From: Candidatus Babeliales bacterium | Lineage (GTDB): Bacteria; Babelota; Babeliae; Babelales; Vermiphilaceae | DNA: 64,000 nucleotides | Reading direction: 5' to 3' | NCBI GenBank assembly: GCA_963743635.1 | Contig: CAVUQO010000003.1 | Location: 512,001 to 576,000 of the forward strand | In this document: positions 30,120 to 40,164 of the stretch, piece by piece | Numbering within the stretch: position 1 is the stretch's first letter | How the letters are laid out: every line of letters begins with the position of its first letter | Translations under genes and position numbers: made by a program | Notes under the pieces: model-generated | Database searches by the model: none | Told to the model about the DNA's origin: nothing | What the model saw: only the letters and a program-made list of their open reading frames with translations

Positions 30120-30815
30120 ATGAAAGATATTTTGATGCAAAAAAAACCAATAGTTATCGCGATTGCTGTAGTATTGATCATAGTTGGGTTGTATTATGGT
30201 GGCCTCAAAGACTCAATATCACTTGAGAGCTTGAAGCAAAATAGCCATTATTTCAAAACAATGGTAGATCAGAATTACTGGTTTTCCGCGATGGTGTTTA
30301 TCGCAACGTATACGCTTGCGATGGCGGCCTCACTGCCAGTAGTAGCACCATTTTCGCTGCTCGGCGGTTTTTTATTTAATACAATTCCCGGTGCATGCTT
30401 TTCAGTGATCAGTGCCTTAATCGGTTCGATGATCTATGTTGTGGTCTTTCGTCATTTCTTCGCCGCGTCGATGCATGAGCAGTTTAAGGATCAACTCGAT
30501 AAGTTTAAAAAAAATATGGATACATACGGTAAAAGTTATTTGCTGATTTTGCATTTTCTGGCCGTTGTGCCTTTTTTTATGATTAATACGCTGGCAGCAC
30601 TTGCCGACCTCTCACTTTGGGATGTATGTTGGACAACAACGGTTGGCAGTGGACCGGTATTTTTATTACTTGCCTTTGAAGGCGGTGAGCTTGCGCATAT
30701 CCAATCGGTGAGCGATATTTTTTCGGCGAAGTTTATTATAGCGCTTGCTTTGTTAGTGGCACTTGCATGTATGCCGATCATTGTTAAACGATTTCGCGGA
30801 TCAGTCGATATTTAA
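30120..30815 (+). CDS. TVP38/TMEM64 (VTT/DedA) family membrane protein, paralog 1
   Basis: LLGGFLF..GA, VVPFFMIN pattern. Confidence 0.85.
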   Translation: MKDILMQKKPIVIAIAVVLIIVGLYYGGLKDSISLESLKQNSHYFKTMVDQNYWFSAMVFIATYTLAMAASLPVVAPFSLLGGFLFNTIPGACFSVISALIGSMIYVVVFRHFFAASMHEQFKDQLDKFKKNMDTYGKSYLLILHFLAVVPFFMINTLAALADLSLWDVCWTTTVGSGPVFLLLAFEGGELAHIQSVSDIFSAKFIIALALLVALACMPIIVKRFRGSVDI

Positions 30816-30852
30816 ATAAAAACATAAGAGAGTAAAAAAGGAGTTTTGGGCA

Positions 30853-31545
30853 GTGATGAAAAAAAGTACATTTATAAAAATTGCATTGTGTGGAGTGCTC
30901 GTGCTTCCATTGGTGGTTGCCTATTGTTATGGTCTTACTGATCATTGTAATCTCGCCTCACTTAAAGCGAATAAAGAATATTTAGATACGTTTGTACGCG
31001 AACATTATTCTCTTGCCGTCTTCTATTATATATGCACCTACATTATGGTTGGTGCACTTTCATTTCCTTTTGCGTCACTCATTACGATTACAGGCGGTTT
31101 TTTGTTCGGCACGCTGTTCGGCGCATTGTATACCAATATTGGGGCCACTATCGGCGGTGTGATTGCATTTTTAGCATATCGCTATCTATTTGGTTCTTGG
31201 GTTAGAGAACATTATGGCCATCGCTTGGTAGCGTTCAATCAAGAATTCGAACGAAACGGCGCATGGTACCTGGTTATGATTCGCTTGATTGCGGTTATAC
31301 CATTTTTTGTGGCGAATGCATTTGCGAGCGTTGTACCCATTTCAGTTGAGACCTTTATCTGGACAACATCGCTTGGCATCATACCGTCTGCACTGGTTTA
31401 TAGCTTTGCAGGAGAGCAGCTTGATTCGATCAATTCGGTACGGGATATTTTTTCTGGCAACATACTCATCGCCTTTGTATTACTTGCACTTTTGACCGTT
31501 GTTTCCATTCTTGTGCGCTCTTTTTGCGTGAAGAATATAGAGTGA
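30853..31545 (+). CDS. TVP38/TMEM64 (VTT/DedA) family membrane protein, paralog 2
   Basis: GGFLFG, GATIG, RLIAVIPFF..N, TSLGIIP. Confidence 0.88.
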   Translation: MMKKSTFIKIALCGVLVLPLVVAYCYGLTDHCNLASLKANKEYLDTFVREHYSLAVFYYICTYIMVGALSFPFASLITITGGFLFGTLFGALYTNIGATIGGVIAFLAYRYLFGSWVREHYGHRLVAFNQEFERNGAWYLVMIRLIAVIPFFVANAFASVVPISVETFIWTTSLGIIPSALVYSFAGEQLDSINSVRDIFSGNILIAFVLLALLTVVSILVRSFCVKNIE

Positions 31546-31730
31546 TAAAAGGTTTTTTAGCGAAATATTTTTTTTCTTTATTTTGCCCGGATGTTGATCT
31601 AGTATACCTCGAGATAATGTTATCTAAATCATACCTGTAAGATGATATTGTACAGTTTCTGCACATTCGTTTTATGGTCTGTTTTTATAAAAGAATTTTT
31701 TTAATCACTACAACTTTAAAGGAGTTTGTA

Positions 31731-32657
31731 ATGGAAGCACGTTCGACGTTAATGAACATGTTATTGATCAGTATAATGGGGCAAAATGCCGTGATCCATG
31801 CTGATAACACACAGACAACGGTGGCACCAGCAACAGCGATAAATGCTGCACCAACATCAACTCCAGTAGCGCCAGCATCTACACCAGTAGCACCAGTATC
31901 AGCGCCAGCAACTCCGGCTGTGGCAGTTGTGCCTGCATCTGCACCAGTAGCACCAACACCAGCTGTAGTTAATGCAGCGCCAGCGTCAGCACCAGTGTCA
32001 GCGCCAGTTGCATCGGCTACTGTAGTTGCACCTGCATCAACTCCACAAGCGGCATCTACGCCGACTTGTGCATGCACTGATTGCGCATGTAATTCATTCG
32101 CGTCATTAATTCCGTCGTTTCAACCATCAGACGTACAGCCAGTGCCAAGCTACCAAGGAATCATCAATGCCACTACGGCAAATGAAGCGCAATTTAACAC
32201 TCAACTATCAACTGCAAATCAGGCATTAATTGCCTATCTCAGACAATGCATTGTGAATGGAGCATGTGATGCGCAGCAAGTATCAGCATTGATGGATACG
32301 ATTCAGCAAGCGTACGTGACATTCGTACAACAAGCTGCATTGCTTGCCTACGCAAAGGCGCAACGTCTGCAAGATGAAACAGCATATCAAGCGTATCTTG
32401 CTCAAATCGCGGGATTGCAGACAGGAAGTCAGCAAGCAGCGAATCAAGCAGGTAGTACATGGTTCTCCGTAGAAGCTGGTTATGAAACTGCGGATAATGC
32501 GCTTGCCGTGAGCCAAAATTCAGCAACTGCTATTAATGCAAATCAAGCGCAAATTGTGCAAGTAAATGCGCAGATTGCAGCATTGTTGGCTACGTTGGCA
32601 ACACCAACATCAGCCCCATCAACCCCTGACTATACCGCTACATCTACGCCTGCATAA
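31731..32657 (+). CDS. Exported protein with Ala/Pro/Ser/Thr-rich repeats and a helical Ala/Gln domain
   Basis: AAGGAG RBS; signal ...IHA|D; (PVAPAST)-type repeats; CACTDCAC cluster. Confidence 0.75.
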   Translation: MEARSTLMNMLLISIMGQNAVIHADNTQTTVAPATAINAAPTSTPVAPASTPVAPVSAPATPAVAVVPASAPVAPTPAVVNAAPASAPVSAPVASATVVAPASTPQAASTPTCACTDCACNSFASLIPSFQPSDVQPVPSYQGIINATTANEAQFNTQLSTANQALIAYLRQCIVNGACDAQQVSALMDTIQQAYVTFVQQAALLAYAKAQRLQDETAYQAYLAQIAGLQTGSQQAANQAGSTWFSVEAGYETADNALAVSQNSATAINANQAQIVQVNAQIAALLATLATPTSAPSTPDYTATSTPA

Positions 32658-32678
32658 TAGAGTTAATGGGTAGAATAC

Positions 32679-32721
32679 AAGCCGAAAGGGCCGCACTAAA
32701 AAATGCGGCCCTTTCGGCTTT
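32679..32721 (+). terminator. Intrinsic terminator
   Basis: 17-bp perfect inverted repeat AAGCCGAAAGGGCCGCA/TGCGGCCCTTTCGGCTT. Confidence 0.8.
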
Positions 32722-32814
32722 CAAAATAAGTGAATTTCCTTGATGCGCCTGTAAAAAAGAGTATACTTTCGTCTGATATTTTAAACCATTGGTTTTAACA
32801 ACGTGAGGAAATTC

Positions 32815-33875
32815 ATGAAACGATATTTAGTATGTTCTATTTTGTTGATCAAAGCAGTTCATGTGCAAGCATGGCAATACAGTGATTATATACCCAATGT
32901 ACCGAAATGTTCTGACGTGCCAGGATGCACATCGGTAGTTGATGGTTGGAACTACACAGCCTCGGCAGTTCAAAAAACGAAATGTTCTGATGTGCCAGGG
33001 TGCACGACCGTTGTAGATAGCTGCGTCGGCATCTATAAATCAATACCCACAATTCCTATGCCCACAATGCCTACATGGGGGCAAACATCAACAGTTGATG
33101 AATCATCATCAGGAATAATCACCGCGGCAGAATCTGAAAAAGTGGTATTCGAAGCGTATCTGAAATCAGAAAAAACGAGCGAGACATTTAGGGACGAGCA
33201 AGAACAGCAGCTCAAGGTGCAAATGGCATTAAGCGTAAAGTTATTGAATGATATGCTGAGCAAATTTGACGCATGTATCAAAACTCAGCGATGTTCACCT
33301 GAAGATTTGCGAGAACTAAAAAAAGAAATTGCGAAGCAAAATAAACAATATGCTGATCTGGTCAATAAAGTGGCCGCGTCAACAGCGGTATTGCAATATC
33401 GTAGCGAAAGGGAGCAAGCTGCACTTGATGCGAACTTAAAGCTGCAAAAGTTAGATGAGCAAAAAAAAACTGATTCTGAAGAATTTGCAAAAAAAAAAAT
33501 AATTCGATGAATCAGTTGGTGAGTGCTCTAGGAGCATGGCCTGCTTTATCGTCCGAATGCAAAGAATCTTCTTTCAAAGAGATGATTGAAAATGATCGGA
33601 ATCTCAATGCGGAATATGCGAAAAAGGCATTGGAACATAACGTTGCCATTAGCGATGCAAGCAGAACGGTTATCAGCACGACTCCATTTTTAGAAGGCGA
33701 TGCGGATATTGTGAAGTTTAAAAATCAGTATCCTGATGTGCAAATACCATCAGCCAAACCTGCAGATCTCTCTGCTTCTGGTGATTCAGCGACTACTGCC
33801 CCAGAGAAAAAAGGTGCAGTTGAGCATATCAAAGCAACGGTGCTCAATGCATTCAATCATATACTCAAGAAATAA
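32815..33875 (+). CDS. Exported Cys-repeat/coiled-coil protein; split at an A11 run (33489-33499) into 32815-33510 and 33507-33875
   Basis: Signal ...HVQA|W; duplicated KCSDVPGCT; adding one A fuses the two ORFs. Confidence 0.6.
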
Positions 33876-33891
33876 TTAAAAAGAATCCCAG

Positions 33892-33932
33892 CAAATAAGA
33901 AGGGCGACTGTTTAAGTCGCCCTTCTTATTTG
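33892..33932. terminator. Bidirectional terminator
   Basis: 18-bp perfect inverted repeat between convergent genes. Confidence 0.8.
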
Positions 33933-33945
33933 ATATTGGCTAATT

Positions 33946-34779
33946 CTAATTAGTGCTGCTATCGTTATTCACATTATGAACGATAGTATGATCCTGTTCG
34001 TGTCTATGGCATAACTTCTTGAACCATCCAAACCAACCTTCAAAATTAGGATCTTTTTGGATGTCTGGACAATCCAGATGGTTTTGTCTCAAAGTTTTCT
34101 TTGCAGTGGAAAGTTTGGCAATTAGTGTGTTTATTTTCTCTTTAGCATCTGGGAGTGATGTTGCTTTGGCTACTATTTGTTGAAGATCATATTCTGTTCG
34201 AGCGACTATGTTATGGTGCGCTATTATTTCATTTTTGAGCGTGCCGGCCGCCTGCGCATGGAGTGTTTTAAATTGAGCGTTTTCTTTTTTTAATCTTTTT
34301 GCTTGATATTTGAGTAATGCACCGTCTTCAATATCTGTCCAGACAAGGTACCCTGCAGCGATTGTTACAATTATGGGTACGGCTGGCTGCAGAATATTAA
34401 GTGCTACTTGTGCGGCTCCGACAGCAGGAGTGACGAGTCTGTTGGGTCCTCTGCTTTGCGCAATTTTTGCTAGGTTAAGGTTTGACGCAACAGAATATGC
34501 AGTAGCAGCAGTGCTTGCGCCTAAACACATGTGACTTCTAGTTATTGTTGGAACTTTTTGTAGTTGTGCGGTGTCAGGTCCTATTTTGAGATCGAACTCA
34601 TCCGGATTAAATTCTGGTAGTTTCGTGTATTCCAGGAGTTCAAGATAGTGCTGAGAATCGGGGTTATTAACCACAATAGCGCTATTATTGTCGGCGTCAT
34701 CTTCACCCATACAGCGAATTGATGGTGCGCTTGCGAGTGCTAAGATGCCGATAAATAGGGTTGTTTTATACGTGTTCAT
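33946..34779 (-). CDS. Hypothetical exported/membrane protein with coiled coil
   Basis: Signal ...SIRC|MGED; hydrophobic segments; AAGGAG RBS. Confidence 0.75.
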   Translation of the reverse strand: MNTYKTTLFIGILALASAPSIRCMGEDDADNNSAIVVNNPDSQHYLELLEYTKLPEFNPDEFDLKIGPDTAQLQKVPTITRSHMCLGASTAATAYSVASNLNLAKIAQSRGPNRLVTPAVGAAQVALNILQPAVPIIVTIAAGYLVWTDIEDGALLKYQAKRLKKENAQFKTLHAQAAGTLKNEIIAHHNIVARTEYDLQQIVAKATSLPDAKEKINTLIAKLSTAKKTLRQNHLDCPDIQKDPNFEGWFGWFKKLCHRHEQDHTIVHNVNNDSSTN

Positions 34780-34864
34780 GGTATCTCCTTACCTTTGAAA
34801 TGGTATACGTATTATTTTCAGACTTGTATACTAATAGGAGCAAAAATAAAATACAAGGATAAGT

Positions 34865-35239
34865 GTGAACTTATATCAAGATGTGCTGATTGACCATTAT
34901 CGTAACCCCAGAAACCGTGGGGTGCTTGATCATCCTGATTTTAAATCGGGTGAAAATAATCCGTCTTGCGGGGATAGCGTGAGCATGTCCGGACGGGTAA
35001 AGGATGATCGTTTAATCGCGGTCAGTTTTGAAGGAGCCGGGTGCGTCATCAGCCAAGCTGCTGCCTCAATGTTAACTGAAAAAGTAATTGGGGAACGGTT
35101 GGAAGATATTATGAAATTGAATGCTGCTTTTATGCGTAATCTGGTTGGTATCGAACTGGGGCCAACGCGGGTACGTTGCGCACTTCTCGCGCTCGAGGCG
35201 CTTCAAAAAGGAATTCAGGAGTATCTCCATGCTCAATAG
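34865..35239 (+). CDS. sufU: SufU/IscU-type Fe-S scaffold or sulfur-transfer protein
   Basis: DHYRNPRNRG, NPSCGD, GAGCVISQAAAS, RVRCALL. Confidence 0.92.
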   Translation: MNLYQDVLIDHYRNPRNRGVLDHPDFKSGENNPSCGDSVSMSGRVKDDRLIAVSFEGAGCVISQAAASMLTEKVIGERLEDIMKLNAAFMRNLVGIELGPTRVRCALLALEALQKGIQEYLHAQ

Positions 35240-36358
35240 AGCGAAGGTTATGTATGCATTGCAGTCGATTGAGAATGCATTATTTCATGATATTTCAGAT
35301 GAAATAATGCGTGCGCGCGAGGTATGGGAACGTATTAGCCGTGATGCTACATTCATTCATAAAATTCGTGCATGCGATATTCCACTACCATTGCCATTAT
35401 GGGATGGCGAGCTTGGTGTATCGATTCCGATAGAGCCAAAAATGGGACCGTATACCATTCTGGGAATAGATGGTTCACAAATTTATCCCGATAAACATCA
35501 AGGCTCTATGTGCTTTCTGATTAACATCGGGAGTGTGCTCGTATCCTACGGGCAGCCGGGCAAAGGGGTGCACCTTGAATCGGTACCATACGTCTTCGTA
35601 CAAAGCGATGAAGATGAATGGAGCCCAACACCCGATATCGTCAATTGTCGTCGCGAGGAGTTTGAATTTGAGGCCGGCAGTCACATAAGCCAAACGGTAC
35701 GTGCCGAGCAATCGCCGGAGGTTCCCTATCTTTTTGTTTCAGATGGCTCGCTCATTTTTTGGCATTTAGAATCGAAGGATGCGCCCATTCGTGATTACTT
35801 TTTGCCGCGATATTGTGCACTATTGCATGAACTTTATGATCAAAAAACATTGTGTGCTGGATATATTAGTCTTCCTAAAAATAAAGAATTGGTGAATTTG
35901 GTGCGCGTGGCGCTTGCTGATTTCAATACGAATGTGTGCATGGCATCAACGGCGATCAATCACGTTGTGGATACGACTATTGCAAATATGTTCTTGGATC
36001 CGTATTCACGGTCCACGATCTTTCAGTCGGGTGCTCCTATTGCAAAACAGTATCCTGATCATTTAGTTCCTTATTTTTTTTATTTGCATACGGGGCATGA
36101 ATTGGCGCGAGTCGAGATTCCCGCATGGATTGCCCATGATGATGAAGCGGTAACGCTGGTCGCGCGCATGCTGCTTGATCAAAGTATTAAGGGGCGCGGG
36201 CTATCCGGTAGTATTGGCCGAAGCGCATGAACAGGCGGTGGTCAAAGGTCCGGATCGAGATTTCTTTTATCAGGTGATTACCAAATTGGGGATTGAACGA
36301 AAACAAGCGGATTTTGCTTTCCCAAAAAAGTGTCAAAAAAAGAGGAATTGGGATCTAA
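35229..36358 (+). CDS. nurA: NurA-domain nuclease with two apparent +1 frameshifts near 36200 and 36305
   Basis: GIDGSQ, DGSL, RVEIPAW, GYPVVLAEAHEQAVV; corrected end ...SQKSVKKRGIGI*. Confidence 0.82.
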
Positions 36359-36396
36359 GGATTGCCCATGAATTCCGGCATTGAGTAGATTTCCTT

Positions 36397-36444
36397 CCCG
36401 TTCGCCCTGAGGACGGAGCGAGGCGATGTATCGAATGGGTAAAC
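36397..36444. repeat. REP-like palindrome, family A
   Basis: CCCGTTCGCCCTGAGG...TGTATCGAATGGGTAAAC, matching 57984-58047. Confidence 0.75.
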
Positions 36445-36672
36445 AGGCTCCGTGCATGAAGACGACGGAGATGGGTATTTTTCATACAAGACATAAATTA
36501 AAAATGTAATGATTAATTGCAGCATGAATTGTTTGACGGGGCTTATTTTCGAGCCCCTTTTTTTATGACTATTGCATATGGATCTGCATTATTGCTACTA
36601 TACGAGACGCTATAGATTCTAGAGTTCTGTACATTAGAATATATTTTAAAGTCTCAATTAGGGGAGGCGACT

Positions 36673-37551
36673 ATGATTAAGCACACATTCAGCATTGCAT
36701 CACTACTCATCATCACACCAATGATTAACGGATCACCACAATCGGTACTAGAACAATCGCTTGCACAATTGGCAGCATCATCGCTATCTGCAGCAGGGCA
36801 CGTGGCTTCGGGTGTCGGGTCTGCAATGCATGGCATAGCAGGAGCACTTCCAGCGGAATTGGATTCTATGGAAGAAGAATTAAGCACCATGGATCCTAAA
36901 ATGTTTTTGAATGCGTTGATAGTTCTTACGGCGTGGGAATCATGTAAAATGGGTTATCGACTCGTGATGAGGAGTGAAGATGATATATCGGAAGTCACGC
37001 ATGAATCAGTTGATCAAAAAATAGCTGCAGCTCAAAAAAGTCATGACAAAGCCCTCCAGACAAAGCTGGAGGGAATTAGAGAAGTATTGATGAATAGTGT
37101 TAATGCCCAGGGCAAACGTCAGGATAAAATTGAAAAGAGACTGGATGCTGTAGCAAATGATAATAAAAAGGGACTTGCTGCAATTACTGAGCTCGTGTTG
37201 GGGGATGGCACTGATAAAGAGATGGGTATTCTTAAACGGCACGAAGCACATGCAAATAGATTGAAAGCTTTGGAATCGCATAGCGCTGCAGTTAATACGA
37301 GGCTCGATAGTATGCAAAATAAGAGTGGTACTGATGCGCGATTTACGCACGTAGAAGGTCGAGTTGCTTCATTAGAAAAGTTTGCATCAACAACAGGATT
37401 CAAGCCGCAGGATAAGAAGAGCAGACTGTTAGGTGTGTTCTACAAAAAAGATTCTGGCTCAAGCTCACAGGGTGACAACAATAACAATAATAAAGGCGAT
37501 CATCACAGCACAGAAGCGTACGATGGCGACAACGATAATGATAGACTCTAG
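36673..37551 (+). CDS. Exported/membrane coiled-coil protein
   Basis: GGAGG RBS; signal-like N-terminus, hydrophobic helices, heptads, D/N-rich tail. Confidence 0.75.
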   Translation: MIKHTFSIASLLIITPMINGSPQSVLEQSLAQLAASSLSAAGHVASGVGSAMHGIAGALPAELDSMEEELSTMDPKMFLNALIVLTAWESCKMGYRLVMRSEDDISEVTHESVDQKIAAAQKSHDKALQTKLEGIREVLMNSVNAQGKRQDKIEKRLDAVANDNKKGLAAITELVLGDGTDKEMGILKRHEAHANRLKALESHSAAVNTRLDSMQNKSGTDARFTHVEGRVASLEKFASTTGFKPQDKKSRLLGVFYKKDSGSSSQGDNNNNNKGDHHSTEAYDGDNDNDRL

Positions 37552-37567
37552 TCATTAAAACGTACTA

Positions 37568-37608
37568 AAAGCGAAGAAGGCTCTCAGATCGAGAGCCTTC
37601 TTCGCTTT
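37568..37608. terminator. Bidirectional terminator
   Basis: 18-bp perfect inverted repeat AAAGCGAAGAAGGCTCTC/GAGAGCCTTCTTCGCTTT. Confidence 0.8.
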
Positions 37609-37622
37609 GAAAAGTTAAATTA

Positions 37623-38759
37623 TTATCCTAAGAATTTTTTAAAAAATCCTACGATTCCTTCATTTTTATCAGTGCCCGTGCCAATCATTTTTGAATATTC
37701 AACGAGTAGATTTTTGGCATCATCACCCAATTTTTTAGGAATATCGCAGTGCGTGATGATCACGAGATTGCCGCTTACCTTTGAACGCAAAGCAGGGAAT
37801 CCTTTACCAGCTATCACAATGCGTTCGCCAGAAGGGCATCCCTTAGGAACCTTCAATGTTTCTTTGGTGCCATCGATATTTTCAATTTCGACATGGCATC
37901 CGAGTACGAGTTGCGGATAGGTTAAGATGATGGTTGAAACCAGATCATCACCTTCGCGATTAAACTTTTTATCCGGCATGACGTGGACTTTAATGATCAA
38001 ATCTCCAATGTGACCACCAAAAACGCCCGCATCACCTTTGCCTGCTATGCGCAGTTCGGCGCCATCAAAAATACCACGAGGAATATTGATTGAAAATTTG
38101 TCCTGTTTTTTCACGCGTGTTTTACCAGAACAGGTTGGACATGGTTCTGGAATGGTAAATCCTTCACCACTGCACGCGCTACACGTTTGGGCATATATCA
38201 GAAAACCTTGTCTCAATTCGATTTGTCCCATGCCGCCGCAGGTTTTGCATTGTTGTATGGAAGTGCCTTTTTTGGTGCCCTTTCCAGTGCAAGTTTCGCA
38301 CACTTCATAGCGAGGATAATTTAACTGTTCAGTGCAGCCCAGATAGGCATCTTTAAGCGTGATAGAGACTTCTTTATGAAGGTTATGACCATTGCGTGGC
38401 GTCGGACCCGTTTTTTTACGTCCGCGACGGCCTGCGCCCCCTGAGAACATTTCACCGAAGATGTCGCCAAAGTTTTCGAATATGTCGTCCATATTCATGC
38501 CATGAGGACCACCATGCCCGCCATGTCCACCCATGCCCATACCTGCATGACCAAACTGGTCATACTGTTGGCGTTTTTGGGGGTCTGACAGCGTTTCATA
38601 GGCCTCGGCAGCCTCTTTGAACTGTTCTTCAGCCTGTTTATTATCTGGATTACGGTCTGGATGATATTTCAGTGCTAATTTTCGATAGGCGGCTTTGATC
38701 TCATCGAGAGTGGCCGTTTTTGAGACACCAAGTATCTCGTAGAAGTCTCTTTTTGCCAT
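37623..38759 (-). CDS. dnaJ: Chaperone DnaJ
   Basis: J domain with HPD, G/F region, four CxxCxG zinc motifs, C-terminal domain. Confidence 0.97.
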   Translation of the reverse strand: MAKRDFYEILGVSKTATLDEIKAAYRKLALKYHPDRNPDNKQAEEQFKEAAEAYETLSDPQKRQQYDQFGHAGMGMGGHGGHGGPHGMNMDDIFENFGDIFGEMFSGGAGRRGRKKTGPTPRNGHNLHKEVSITLKDAYLGCTEQLNYPRYEVCETCTGKGTKKGTSIQQCKTCGGMGQIELRQGFLIYAQTCSACSGEGFTIPEPCPTCSGKTRVKKQDKFSINIPRGIFDGAELRIAGKGDAGVFGGHIGDLIIKVHVMPDKKFNREGDDLVSTIILTYPQLVLGCHVEIENIDGTKETLKVPKGCPSGERIVIAGKGFPALRSKVSGNLVIITHCDIPKKLGDDAKNLLVEYSKMIGTGTDKNEGIVGFFKKFLG

Positions 38760-38978
38760 ATGGGTACACATTTATCGCTTTTAAGAGGTTAAATTTACCT
38801 TATTATAGCGAAAAAGAGGGGAAATTTAAATCTTAAATATGAGACTTTTCCAGAAGTAATTAAACTATCTCCTTATTTATTTTCTTATAGTTATTGACTT
38901 TGGTGGGATGGAGCTGGTATTATTTCAATTAGAAACATTAGTAACCATAAAAAGACCAAAATTTAAGGAGGGTTTTTT

Positions 38979-39455
38979 ATGAAACGTATAATCAATAATA
39001 TCGGGTTGGCACTGAGCTTGCTCGTAATTTCATCAAATGTTGTGGCATTACCAAGTCTCAAGGATCTTGAAAAAATGATCAAGAGCGGTGAAAAATTGGT
39101 AAAAGGTTCAGATGTTCACCTTAAGGCTTTGAAAAAATCAGCGAATGATTTGGTTGCCATACAAAAAGAATTGGCCAAGCCGGGTATTTCTGCAGCAGAT
39201 AAAATGAGCAAATGTATTGAAGGTATCAATATAATGAATGCGGCACTGAATGAGCATGTTAAGCCTATGCTTGCTATGACAAAAGACGTTGTGAGCGTAA
39301 CGCCTGCTAAGGGACCATTCGATACACTTGATACGCAGGTTAATAGCATGGCTGAATTCTCCAAAGAACTTGCAGCAGCAATGAATGAGATGAAAGGTGT
39401 GCTTAAAGTATTAGGTGCGAAACCAGCAACAGCGCCAGCTCCAGCAGCTAAGTAA
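38979..39455 (+). CDS. Small exported helical protein
   Basis: AAGGAGG RBS, signal ...NVVA|L, amphipathic helices; upstream TTGACT-18-TATTAT. Confidence 0.75.
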   Translation: MKRIINNIGLALSLLVISSNVVALPSLKDLEKMIKSGEKLVKGSDVHLKALKKSANDLVAIQKELAKPGISAADKMSKCIEGINIMNAALNEHVKPMLAMTKDVVSVTPAKGPFDTLDTQVNSMAEFSKELAAAMNEMKGVLKVLGAKPATAPAPAAK

Positions 39456-39512
39456 CTTGTAGTAATACAACAAGCTTTAGATAAAAGAAGGGTCGATTCA
39501 TTCGGCCCTTTT

Positions 39513-40082
39513 TTACTTCTTGATTGATATGTCAGATGGATCGGCAACATCAAGAGATAGGCGGAGCGAATCTTGCAGTTGCAATGCGATAGGTTCGGGT
39601 AAGCTGGTTGTAGTGATATCAAAGGAGCCGTGTCTGAGTGTTTCTTCCAATGCTGCAGGTACCGTCAGCACCACGCAAAAAGTGTTGACCGCGCTGAGTG
39701 TTTTCTGCTTATTGAATTTGAGAATGAGTGTTTGGGTTTTAGTGTTCCAGAATCCATCGCATAACAGTGCATCTTCGATTGCCATAAATTCTTTATCATT
39801 GGGTTTTTCGTACAGTGAACCGATGAGCTTGTTGAGTGTCGGGCCATTCCAGCGCAACTCTAGTTTGCTCAAACAAAGTGGTTCCAGCGTTTTCTTCTTG
39901 AAAGTGATAGTACCAGCCAAAATCCATTTGCCGCCAAAAAGCGAATTGTTAATGTTGTTATTGTCGATAGATTTCCATTTTGGTTGAATGATTACTTTAA
40001 GTTCCTTGCCCTCGTGTATCATGGCTTGCGCATTAAGAGTTGCCGCCGTAATGATGATGCCTAGTATCAACTTCATTTTCAC
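39513..40082 (-). CDS. Hypothetical exported beta-rich protein
   Basis: Signal ...NAQA|MIHE. Confidence 0.7.
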   Translation of the reverse strand: MKMKLILGIIITAATLNAQAMIHEGKELKVIIQPKWKSIDNNNINNSLFGGKWILAGTITFKKKTLEPLCLSKLELRWNGPTLNKLIGSLYEKPNDKEFMAIEDALLCDGFWNTKTQTLILKFNKQKTLSAVNTFCVVLTVPAALEETLRHGSFDITTTSLPEPIALQLQDSLRLSLDVADPSDISIKK

Positions 40083-40164
40083 TCCGCAATGGTACCTTGG
40101 TAGGGTTTGTAAAACACCCTAGCAAATTCAATTGCGATCCGTGAAGTGTTTTTCGCAAAAAGAA

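Noticed and set aside
31685..32077. Reverse-strand Gly/Ala/Thr-rich ORF
   Set aside because: Antisense shadow of the Ala/Pro repeat gene, which has the RBS, signal peptide and terminator.
24434..34779. Prophage or genomic island
   Set aside because: No integrase, phage structural genes or flanking att repeats; genes are individually punctuated by promoters and terminators on both strands.
36175..36384. Separate small gene after nurA
   Set aside because: It holds the NurA C-terminal motif GYPVVLAEAHE and is the frameshifted tail of nurA.
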